A stretch of 20,000 nt of DNA from IMG/VR virus record IMGVR_UViG_3300035162_003174. The stretch is one strand, 5' to 3'. A program made the position numbers and the translations under genes. The stretch comes from an uncultured virus (IMG/VR IMGVR_UViG_3300035162_003174) (Duplodnaviria; Heunggongvirae; Uroviricota; Caudoviricetes). The notes beneath the pieces were generated by a model. The model had not been told where the DNA came from, ran no database searches, and saw only the letters and a program-made list of their open reading frames with translations. Of the stretch, positions 7,887-16,428 are shown one piece after another; positions within the stretch are counted from its first letter, which is position 1; each line of letters begins with the position of its first letter.

Positions 7887-9650
7887 ATGGAAAGTAATAA
7901 AGATAAATTATCCAAAATACCTGAAGTAAGGGCTCAACGTATATTAGAAGTATACGATGGGTTCAATAACTATATACAATCTATTCAAAAGAAGTTTAGA
8001 GAACAGAAACATTTTAAACTCACAAGAGCCCAATCAGACTATATTAATACTTACCATAATCTTGTCCCAAAAATAGCGAGAAAATGGGTTGATTTAGATA
8101 GTTATTTTGGTAAAAAAATGATGGAGGATAAGTTACTTACAAAAGTACCTGAAAAAATATTTGTTGAAAAACTTTTAGTAGAAAAAGATAAGTCCTTTCA
8201 CATTTGGGGTAAAATCTTTGAGAGTGAAAAATTACACTCATTTTGGTTACCTCGTGTATCATTGATTAAAACTCAAGAGAACCTAAAAGTATCGATTGAC
8301 TATTCAAAATATTCTCATCGTCCACCGTTAGAACATCAGATAGAGTCAATTGAAAAATTGGCGACACATGATAAATATATTTTAGCGGATGATATGGGTT
8401 TAGGTAAAACTACTTCTACAGTAATAGCCGCTTTAGAATCTGGAGTAGAAAGAGTTTTAATTGTTTGTCCGGCATCTTTAAAATTTAATTGGAAAAGAGA
8501 AATTGAAAATTATACCGATAAAACAATATCAATTGTTGAGGGTAAGAAATGGGAGAGCGCCGACTTTGTAATAATAAATTACGATATTTTAAAAAATTTC
8601 CATGACTTAAAAAATAAAGAAGAATCTATTATTCTACAAGAAGGGTTTGATTTAGTAGTTGTGGATGAGGCCCATTATATACAAAATGTACAAGCTAAAC
8701 GAACTAAACTTATTAACGACATAATTAATTCAATAGGTAAAGTGTGGTTATTAACGGGAACCCCAATGACATCGAGACCTATAAATTATTATAATTTACT
8801 AAATTTAGTTGAGTCCCCCGTTGCATATAATTGGATGGCTTATGTTATTAGATATTGTGAGGGGTACCAATTTAATGTAGGTAACCGTAGAGTTTGGAAC
8901 GTAAATGGGTCATCTAATTTAACTGAACTACGTGATAGAACTAAAACCCATGTACTACGAAGATTAAAACAAGACATTTTAGATTTACCTGATAAAATAA
9001 TTACACCAATTTATTTAAATTTAAAGTCTAGAGACTATGAAGGACTAATGGGTGAATATTATAATTGGATTGAAGATGACAGTGAACAGAAATCATTAAC
9101 CGTTCAATTCTCTAAACTAATGAAAGTAAGACAAGTCATCGCTGAGAGTAAAGTCAATGAGACCTGTGAATTAGTTGAAAATATAATTGAGCAGGGGAAA
9201 AAAGTTATTGTATTCACAAATTTTACTGACGTTTTAAATAGAATAACCGACCATTTCGGGAACAAAGCGGTTAAGTTAGATGGGAAAATGAGTAAAATTG
9301 CTAGACAAAACTCGGTAGACCAATTCCAAGAAAATGATAAAATTAAAGTCTTTGTCGGTAATTTAAAAGCCGCTGGTGTTGGTATAACATTAACCGCTGC
9401 GGAAGCCGTTATAATGAATGACTTATCTTTTGTACCTTCAGACCACTCACAAGCTGAAGATAGGGCATATCGATATGGTCAAAATTCAAATGTTTCAGTA
9501 TTTTACCCAATCTTTGAAAATTCTATTGAAGGGGCGATTTATGATATTTTGTCCCGAAAAAAGAATATATTTGAGACAGTTATGGGTGATAACGAAGATA
9601 GAGGAGACATTATGGAACAAATTATAAATCAAATATCAGTAAGACGATGA
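7887..9650 (+). CDS. SNF2-family helicase/translocase (SMARCAL1/HARP-like ATPase motifs)
   Basis: ILADDMGLGKT (Walker A), VVDEAH, LLTGTP, AAGVGITLT and QAEDRAYRYGQ. The ATG at 7887 is preferred over the TTG at 7863. Confidence 0.92.
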   Translation: MESNKDKLSKIPEVRAQRILEVYDGFNNYIQSIQKKFREQKHFKLTRAQSDYINTYHNLVPKIARKWVDLDSYFGKKMMEDKLLTKVPEKIFVEKLLVEKDKSFHIWGKIFESEKLHSFWLPRVSLIKTQENLKVSIDYSKYSHRPPLEHQIESIEKLATHDKYILADDMGLGKTTSTVIAALESGVERVLIVCPASLKFNWKREIENYTDKTISIVEGKKWESADFVIINYDILKNFHDLKNKEESIILQEGFDLVVVDEAHYIQNVQAKRTKLINDIINSIGKVWLLTGTPMTSRPINYYNLLNLVESPVAYNWMAYVIRYCEGYQFNVGNRRVWNVNGSSNLTELRDRTKTHVLRRLKQDILDLPDKIITPIYLNLKSRDYEGLMGEYYNWIEDDSEQKSLTVQFSKLMKVRQVIAESKVNETCELVENIIEQGKKVIVFTNFTDVLNRITDHFGNKAVKLDGKMSKIARQNSVDQFQENDKIKVFVGNLKAAGVGITLTAAEAVIMNDLSFVPSDHSQAEDRAYRYGQNSNVSVFYPIFENSIEGAIYDILSRKKNIFETVMGDNEDRGDIMEQIINQISVRR

Positions 9651-9668
9651 AGATTTCTAATTGACCAT

Positions 9669-9676
9669 TATTTATA
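9669..9676 (+). promoter_or_regulatory. TATTTATA putative late promoter (SOD fusion)
   Basis: TATTTATA 11 nt upstream of the ATG at 9688. Confidence 0.6.
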
Positions 9677-9687
9677 ATTAAAAGAAA

Positions 9688-11250
9688 ATGAAGTTCAAAA
9701 GATTAATAAATAAAATCTCATTTATAGAACATAAATTAAATAGCCGAGAAGAATTAACAGAAGTTAATCACAAAAACTCGCAATTCCCTAAAGAAATTTT
9801 AACAGAAATGAAAAAAATAGGTATTGAAAAATTGCCGTACTCTTATTCTGCCTTAGAGAGATTTATAGACTCAGAAACTATGGATACTCACTATAACAAA
9901 CACTATAAAGGATACGTAAAAAAATTAAATGACGCGCTATCAAGTAAAATTGATGGAGATATTGGATTAGAACAAATAATAAAAGGTATATCGAGATATA
10001 ATAAAACAATCAGAGACAATGGTGGAGGAGTATTTAACCACTCACTTTTTTGGAAAATCATGTCACCTGAAAAACAAAAAGCTCATGGAGAAATCTACAA
10101 TAAAATAATCAAAGATTTTGATAATTTTCCAAAATTTAAAAAAATATTTAGTAATGAGGCACTTAAAAACTTCGGGTCTGGATGGACATGGTTGGTTCTG
10201 ACTAAATCGGGTAGGTTAAAAGTTATGTCAACACCGAACCAAGATAACCCATTAATGGATGTTGTAAAAAATGGTGGTTATCCATTACTTTGTTTAGATA
10301 CATGGGAACACGCATATTACTTAAAATATCGTAATAAAAGAGATGACTATATAAGGAATTTTTGGTCGGTAATTAATTGGGATTACGTTAACGAATTATA
10401 CGTATCTCAAACATCAAAAAAATTAAATGAGACAAAAATAGTAAAAAGTATTATCTCTGAAGGGGCAAGTGCCGGATGTAATAGAAATCAAGTTCAAACA
10501 TATAGACGACTATTTAATACTAATCCTGAAATTAAAAAACGTTTTATGTATACCATTATGGATATATTAAAAGAGGTCTTTTCAGAATATTGGTATGAAA
10601 AAAATAAGTACTCTGAAGGTCAAATGTCAGGTATTTACGATTACGAACAAAAAGGTCGTTCAGTTATTAATAAATTAAACACTAATTATACTGCGTTTTG
10701 TACATTAGTTAGTGATATTAATAAGTACTTAAGAAAATATGGTATCGATGCCATTAACTTTAACGATAAAAACCGTAACCAACAATTATCGGAAGTAGAT
10801 AGATTAAATAAATATTTAGTTGAATTAAGATATAGTATTTTTAATTCAGACTCCCCAACATTTAAAACTATCATGTCTGGTTTAGATAAAACTAATAAGT
10901 TTGGTGATAAACGTGAAGTAGATGCAGTTGTAAGTTTAAGGGAAATTTTTAAAACCGAGAAAGTTAAAAAAGTTGGAGAATTAGGTGATGTTGATGATAT
11001 GATTAAAGGTATTGACGCAATTGTCCAATTACCTGAAGGGGATAAAACCATACAAATAAAACCATTTAACGGAGTTAATAAACGAAACGGTAAAGTGGTT
11101 GTTTATGGTACTGGTAACGTTAAGCCCTATAAAACAGATTACTTAGTTTTCCATAGTGATAAGTTAGGAACTGTTGTTTTTGAGAATAATTCTACCAAAA
11201 TAGTTAATGGTAGATACGTTTTTAACGAATCATCTGAATATATTAATTAA
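9688..11250 (+). CDS. sod: Mn/Fe superoxide dismutase with 40-aa leader, fused to a C-terminal PD-(D/E)xK-like domain
   Basis: LPYSYSALE, HYNKH, NGGGVFNHSLFW, FGSGWTWL, STPNQDNP and LDTWEHAYY: all four metal ligands are present. About 270 extra C-terminal residues contain GDKRE...KGIDAIV...TIQIK. Confidence 0.9.
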   Translation: MKFKRLINKISFIEHKLNSREELTEVNHKNSQFPKEILTEMKKIGIEKLPYSYSALERFIDSETMDTHYNKHYKGYVKKLNDALSSKIDGDIGLEQIIKGISRYNKTIRDNGGGVFNHSLFWKIMSPEKQKAHGEIYNKIIKDFDNFPKFKKIFSNEALKNFGSGWTWLVLTKSGRLKVMSTPNQDNPLMDVVKNGGYPLLCLDTWEHAYYLKYRNKRDDYIRNFWSVINWDYVNELYVSQTSKKLNETKIVKSIISEGASAGCNRNQVQTYRRLFNTNPEIKKRFMYTIMDILKEVFSEYWYEKNKYSEGQMSGIYDYEQKGRSVINKLNTNYTAFCTLVSDINKYLRKYGIDAINFNDKNRNQQLSEVDRLNKYLVELRYSIFNSDSPTFKTIMSGLDKTNKFGDKREVDAVVSLREIFKTEKVKKVGELGDVDDMIKGIDAIVQLPEGDKTIQIKPFNGVNKRNGKVVVYGTGNVKPYKTDYLVFHSDKLGTVVFENNSTKIVNGRYVFNESSEYIN

Positions 11251-11269
11251 AGAAATGTAGTTTTCTTAA

Positions 11270-11277
11270 TATTTATA
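11270..11277 (+). promoter_or_regulatory. TATTTATA putative late promoter (neck gene)
   Basis: TATTTATA 14 nt upstream of the ATG at 11292. Confidence 0.6.
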
Positions 11278-11291
11278 AAGAAAACATACAT

Positions 11292-12404
11292 ATGTCAGTA
11301 ATTAATGAACCACAAAGAACAAAACTATATACTCGCGTAAAACACCTACTAGGTGCACCAATACGTAGTGTAGAAGTCGAAGATGAAATGATGGACTCAC
11401 TATTAGAGTTTTCAATTCAAGATTACGCCCAATATGTGAATGATTGGTTAATTGAATCACAATGGACATCTCTTTATGGGATGAACTTAGATGAAGAATC
11501 CGTCACAAGGGCATTTACTACACGTTCCTTAGATTGGGAAACTCAATACACTTACGCATATTCTAAAATTGTTGGACTACAGGCGGGTGGTGATTATATA
11601 CTTAAAAGGGATTATATTAACCTCGTAAACGGTCAACAAATATATGAAATACCCGCAGGTAGAGAAGTTAATGAAATTTTATGGTTTACTCGTGCGGAGT
11701 TAGACGCCGCTTTTTTCGACCCATTTATGGGTGGTATGGGAGGAATGGGTGGTGGAGGTCTCGGTGGTGGTGCCGGTTTCTCACAAATGGGTTCATCTGG
11801 AAATTATGCTATAACACCCGCATTTGATATATTACTTAGAATGCAAGACATAAATTTAAAACGAAGAATTATAAGTGGTGAATTAACATACCGTATTACT
11901 GCACTTCCTGAAGGTAAAAAAGCACTACATCTTTATAATGTACCTGGTGGGGAGTTTGATTTTGGTAATATAGCAAATAACGAATATAAAGTATGGTATT
12001 GGTATTATGAGACCGATGATAGGGAAGATTGTTTAGCAAATAACCCTGACGTTGTTAGATTACCTTCCGATATACCTATTGATGAGATGTTATGGGCGGA
12101 GTTAAATAATCCAGCACAGGCTTGGGTTAGGAAATGGTTTGTTGCATACGTTAAAGAAACTTTAGGTCGTGTCCGAGGTAAATTTAGTGGTAATTTAAAG
12201 ACACCTGATTCTGAAGTCACAATGGATTATGATTCATTACTTACAGAGGCTAAGGACGAAAAAAGTAAATTAATGGAAGAGTTAATTGCTAGGTTAGAAA
12301 GATTAAGACCAGATAAAATGATGGAAAGAGAGGCTAATTTAGCTGAAAACCTTAATAAATCATTACAGTACCGAGCTCTACCTCGTCAAATGTATGTTAT
12401 ATAA
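11292..12404 (+). CDS. Neck / head-tail adaptor protein, T4 gp13-like
   Basis: N-terminal VKHLLGAPIRSVEVEDEMMD and C-terminal WVRKWFVAYVKETLGRVRGKF...P...VTMDYDSLLTEAKDEKSKL match the gp13-like pattern (LGAP.I.VE; W.K.Y..A..K...G....KF). Confidence 0.8.
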   Translation: MSVINEPQRTKLYTRVKHLLGAPIRSVEVEDEMMDSLLEFSIQDYAQYVNDWLIESQWTSLYGMNLDEESVTRAFTTRSLDWETQYTYAYSKIVGLQAGGDYILKRDYINLVNGQQIYEIPAGREVNEILWFTRAELDAAFFDPFMGGMGGMGGGGLGGGAGFSQMGSSGNYAITPAFDILLRMQDINLKRRIISGELTYRITALPEGKKALHLYNVPGGEFDFGNIANNEYKVWYWYYETDDREDCLANNPDVVRLPSDIPIDEMLWAELNNPAQAWVRKWFVAYVKETLGRVRGKFSGNLKTPDSEVTMDYDSLLTEAKDEKSKLMEELIARLERLRPDKMMEREANLAENLNKSLQYRALPRQMYVI

Positions 12405-12405
12405 T

Positions 12406-12741
12406 ATGGGAATCTCAAAATCATACCCAATAAAAAAAATAATAAACGGTCAAGAAAAGTTTATTTCAGACTCTATAATTGTGAACGGATTAAACTACAC
12501 AACTAATGGAGAAGGGGTAATTATTGTAAAAAATAAAATTAATGTTAGTACTATAACATTAGATAACACTACGACTAACCATATAACTATTAAGTCTATG
12601 TGTGATACCATTATAAAAACAGACAAACTAATCGATGAAGAATATGAAGAAATTCAACTCGAAAGATTTGCTTCTGTAGAATTAAAGTTTGTTGGTGATA
12701 ATTGGTATGTTATGTCTTCTGACGGCTTAAAGAATTCATAA
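12406..12741 (+). CDS. Small beta-rich putative virion protein
   Basis: TITL...ITIK...ID...L...SVELKFVGDNWYVMS resembles terminal beta domains of phage fibre/structural proteins. The ATG at 12406 follows the neck stop at 12404; the ORF track start at 12394 is an alternative. Confidence 0.55.
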   Translation: MGISKSYPIKKIINGQEKFISDSIIVNGLNYTTNGEGVIIVKNKINVSTITLDNTTTNHITIKSMCDTIIKTDKLIDEEYEEIQLERFASVELKFVGDNWYVMSSDGLKNS

Positions 12742-15541
12742 TTTCCATATTCTTATTAACATATTTCTCATCCACTAATTTAGTGGTGTTTTCTAAGTAC
12801 ATATAAAATGGGTTTATATTAACATCATTCCAAAATCTAATTTCTGGTTCCGATAAAGTTAAAACCTCATCTAAATTATCTTGACTACCTTCTTTCATTG
12901 GGAAACCTCTTACTAATTCTGTTTGAGATTTTGTGAAAAATGGTCGGTCTTCGGGGTTGTCGATTAATACTTCACTACGAATATCAGGAGAAAAAACCAC
13001 TAATAAAGGTTCAATACGTTTATTAAACGCGGCCATATATCTAGGGATATTATATTCACCTAATTTGTCAGGTGTTTCACTAATATATTTATCATCAATC
13101 AAGTAACAATTAAGTACAATTTCGGAAGAGTCAGGAGGCATTGGTTTCCCATTAACAATAGCATATTCTCTCTTTTCAGCTGCGGTTGCGCTCCATTTAT
13201 TTTTTTTCTGTACGTCACCATGAGACTTTCTTTCACCATTATTAACATAGTAGATAGTGTCACCTAAACCAACATTTAACTCATGTTTTATAGATAATTC
13301 CATGTGAGCTTGTCTTGACATTAAAGAACCTGATTTAGTTCTTTTTTTCATATGTAATTTATAATCACTGATACTTTGTTTTACACGAGATTTGTTGGCT
13401 ATTTTAGAAATTGGTATTTGTAAGTTATAGATTTTATCAACATACTCATAATAAAAATCTAAGAACTTGTGACCTTTACCATCTAATAATAGTCTTAACC
13501 CGTGGTCCAAAAACTCAGCAACATATGTGGGTAGTTTTTTAGATTTAATACTATTTCCCGTTAATTTAACTTTACCTGTGTCAGTAAGTAATGCGTAGTT
13601 TTTACGTGCAACATTTATAGTTGATGGCCATACCCCATCAGTATCTAACCCCATTTCTCCCCTCATGAATATATCGTTGTATTCTGCAACATCTGCTTCT
13701 GTACCGATGTATTCTTTACCTTCGACAACTAAACCATTTAAACCTTTACCTATGTATGTATGTTTTTCACGTTCAGGTGGTGAGGAAAAGTTAACCCCAT
13801 CAGTATCCATTACAAGAGGATTATACCCGCGTTTCATAAACCACATAATCATTTGTCTAAGATATTGTCGACCAGTACACGTAATTTGTTCACCCATATC
13901 CATATCTCCCCATGGAAATACATGAGGGGCAGATAATGAACCAAAGAAAGCGTTAATGAATATTTTAATCGGTAATTGTTTACGGTTATACTTCTTAGAT
14001 TGCTCAGGGTCGGATACGTATAAATCTGAGGCTAACTGTTTATAGTTAATACGGGTATCTCTAAAGTACTTCAACATACTCTTCATTGCCCCCGTTACAT
14101 CACACTTAGGGAACACGTCATGGACTAACTGTATTGATGGGTATAGTGAGGAGTAATCTAATTTTAAAACGTCCGTAGAGTACCCAACGGCTAATAATCT
14201 TGAGAGTCCCCCTGTAAATGGTCTCTTCTCACCTTTCTTAGGAATGGCTAAATTATGTTTATATGACCATGCTGCCATAATCATCTTCCATAATGTGGCC
14301 GTACCCATAGTCGATAGTCGTTCATATGTGGTAGGAACTAGTTTAGAGAGTAGAAAATTTGCTTGATTAAATTCTTCATCAACAATCATAGTCTCCCATA
14401 TATCGTCATAAAGATATCTTTCAATAATATAGTTACCGTTTACCTTCTCGTAATGACCTGGAAATCTTTCCATTAGGTCTTCAGTACCTGTTGACCCAAC
14501 TTCTTTATAACCGCCCGTCTTAGGATTAAAATAATAGTCTTTATTGTCAAAATAAATTTTACCAATTTTATCTCCCTCAACATAAACTCGGTTTTCTTTT
14601 TCTGCTCCGATGAACTTAGTAATATATTTAAGTCCCCAACTTTTAATGTCCGAATTAATTGCTTGGGTTCTTCTAACGGCATGCGCAATGTCAATGATAT
14701 TATACCCCCACATCATTGTTTGAGTATATGGCTCCATTTCATTAGCCAATTTTAACATACCTTCTTTCTGTCTTAATTTTTGTTTAGGATTTAATGTTTT
14801 AGATATTTTTTTGATATCTAATCCTAATATTTCGGCTCTACGAATAATAAAGGGGAAATCGAAAAACGCCGAATTATATCCTCCGATTAACGATGGTTTA
14901 ATAAATGCTATAATATCAAAAAACTCAATAATTAATTTACGTTCTTCTTCGTCATTCTCACACGCAATAACCTTTTCAAACCCTTTATTATCTTTCATCC
15001 CTATCATGAAAATTCTACTTTCTTCTGGAGATAGTCCCGTTGTCTCAATATCAAATACAAACCTATGTACCTCATCGTACTCATCAAACCCTTTAAAAAG
15101 TCTTTTATTTTTTTGTATGAGATATTGTTCCGCGGGTGCTAGAATCATTATATAGTCGGAATTACCTCGACCCCATGGGTCTAACCCACCACCCTTGAAG
15201 AAGTTCACTAAGTTACTATATGTTTTAGTTGTTTTAACTAAATATTTTAAACCTTCTTCCATTCGTGAATCATTATGCGTATCTAATGTTTCTATGATAA
15301 TACCATGTGTAGACATAGCTTGTTTCTGAGCAGATTTAGACCCACCATAAAAGTTAATTCCTTGTAGGTTACCTACCCAAGCGAATGGGATAAATGTGTC
15401 TGATTTTATTGTTTTACCCTGAAGAGGGTCTTGAATTACTTTGAATATTTTTCCTGACGCGTAATCATATTCTAACGCTACTATATACTTTTCAGGGTCT
15501 TCTCCGTTAAGGAAGATTTCAATTTCTTCTTGTGATACCAT
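12710..15541 (-). CDS. polB: Family B DNA polymerase with 3'-5' exonuclease
   Basis: ExoI FDIETTG, ExoII GYNSAFFDFPF, ExoIII YLYDD; polymerase motif A LDYSSLYPS, motif B KIFINAFFG, motif C MDTDG; RKNYA. Confidence 0.95.
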   Translation of the reverse strand: MVSQEEIEIFLNGEDPEKYIVALEYDYASGKIFKVIQDPLQGKTIKSDTFIPFAWVGNLQGINFYGGSKSAQKQAMSTHGIIIETLDTHNDSRMEEGLKYLVKTTKTYSNLVNFFKGGGLDPWGRGNSDYIMILAPAEQYLIQKNKRLFKGFDEYDEVHRFVFDIETTGLSPEESRIFMIGMKDNKGFEKVIACENDEEERKLIIEFFDIIAFIKPSLIGGYNSAFFDFPFIIRRAEILGLDIKKISKTLNPKQKLRQKEGMLKLANEMEPYTQTMMWGYNIIDIAHAVRRTQAINSDIKSWGLKYITKFIGAEKENRVYVEGDKIGKIYFDNKDYYFNPKTGGYKEVGSTGTEDLMERFPGHYEKVNGNYIIERYLYDDIWETMIVDEEFNQANFLLSKLVPTTYERLSTMGTATLWKMIMAAWSYKHNLAIPKKGEKRPFTGGLSRLLAVGYSTDVLKLDYSSLYPSIQLVHDVFPKCDVTGAMKSMLKYFRDTRINYKQLASDLYVSDPEQSKKYNRKQLPIKIFINAFFGSLSAPHVFPWGDMDMGEQITCTGRQYLRQMIMWFMKRGYNPLVMDTDGVNFSSPPEREKHTYIGKGLNGLVVEGKEYIGTEADVAEYNDIFMRGEMGLDTDGVWPSTINVARKNYALLTDTGKVKLTGNSIKSKKLPTYVAEFLDHGLRLLLDGKGHKFLDFYYEYVDKIYNLQIPISKIANKSRVKQSISDYKLHMKKRTKSGSLMSRQAHMELSIKHELNVGLGDTIYYVNNGERKSHGDVQKKNKWSATAAEKREYAIVNGKPMPPDSSEIVLNCYLIDDKYISETPDKLGEYNIPRYMAAFNKRIEPLLVVFSPDIRSEVLIDNPEDRPFFTKSQTELVRGFPMKEGSQDNLDEVLTLSEPEIRFWNDVNINPFYMYLENTTKLVDEKYVNKNMEIMNSLSRQKT

Positions 15542-15608
15542 AATATTTGTTTTTCGTTTGAGACATTTACTCGTATCGTATTGATGCGATTACTCTTTAA
15601 CACTTAAA

Positions 15609-15640
15609 CAAAGGTAAGGTAAGTTATTGAAGTTGTCAAA
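15609..15640 (-). promoter_or_regulatory. Host-type promoter for DNA polymerase (Bacteroidota -33/-7 consensus)
   Basis: Minus strand TTTG (15640-15637), 20-nt spacer, TACCTTTG (15616-15609) = TAnnTTTG. The same bases also read as TTGACA-N17-TACCTT. Confidence 0.7.
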
Positions 15641-15989
15641 TAATATTGATGTAAAGATTTTCTCTAATTGGTGCAATTAATTCACCCATTGAATTATGAA
15701 TATGAAATTCACCAATAAACCTACCTTTAGTATTTGTATCACGTTTACTCCATCGATAATAAATATAATATTCTGATGGTGAGTCAGGATTAAGTTGTGT
15801 TTTTTCAGTTATATATGCGTTATTCATAAGTATTTTTTGTATACCATTTGATTCATTTTTCATAGAAAATCGAATAGTCGCGGTATCTAAGTCAGTATCA
15901 AAAATCTTATAGGCGTCTGTTCTACCATCTCTAACCACTTGCATTTTAAGAATTGGTAATTCACTTTTATGTTTTATAAAAAATTCCAT
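15636..15989 (-). CDS. BppU N-terminal-like (baseplate upper protein-like) small structural protein, paralog 2
   Basis: FFIK...LPILKMQ...ATIRFSM...YYRW...DT...GRFIGEF...G.LIAP....L.INI pattern. Clearly similar to 16015-16422. Confidence 0.55.
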   Translation of the reverse strand: MEFFIKHKSELPILKMQVVRDGRTDAYKIFDTDLDTATIRFSMKNESNGIQKILMNNAYITEKTQLNPDSPSEYYIYYRWSKRDTNTKGRFIGEFHIHNSMGELIAPIRENLYINII

Positions 15990-16014
15990 ATTTTATTATT
16001 TTATATCATTTTTA

Positions 16015-16422
16015 TTATGTCCCATTGGGGGTACTTGGTTTACAACATAAATCAGCTCGACTAAAAGAATCTGTTATATTAATAAATAACTTTTTTCTTC
16101 TCGGTAAAATAATTTCACCTTGACTATTTGTAACTTTAAACTCACCTATATATCCACCAATATCCCTTGTTTCGTGAGAACTTAATTGGTAATATACAAA
16201 ATACTCCACTTCATTGGACCCGACCGTAGATGGTTTAACCATTACCGAAGCGGGTTTATTCATTATGTAATACACATTAGTTTCTTCATTCCACATACTG
16301 AATGTGATGGTAGAGTCTTTTGTTAAATTATCGAATTCACGAAATCCTAATCTACCATCTTTTACGATTTGTACCTTTATAATTGGTAACGTACTATTTT
16401 TTCTTATAAAAAACTCCATCAT
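16015..16422 (-). CDS. BppU N-terminal-like small structural protein, paralog 1
   Basis: MEFFIRKNSTLPIIKVQIVKDGR...TITFSM...YY...ET...GGYIGEF...GEIILP...LFINI aligns by eye with 15636-15989. Confidence 0.55.
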   Translation of the reverse strand: MMEFFIRKNSTLPIIKVQIVKDGRLGFREFDNLTKDSTITFSMWNEETNVYYIMNKPASVMVKPSTVGSNEVEYFVYYQLSSHETRDIGGYIGEFKVTNSQGEIILPRRKKLFINITDSFSRADLCCKPSTPNGT

Positions 16423-16428
16423 TAATTA

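Noticed and set aside
12710..15541. Intein or intron in the DNA polymerase or helicase
   Set aside because: Motifs are in normal order and spacing; no C...HN splice junctions or LAGLIDADG blocks were seen.
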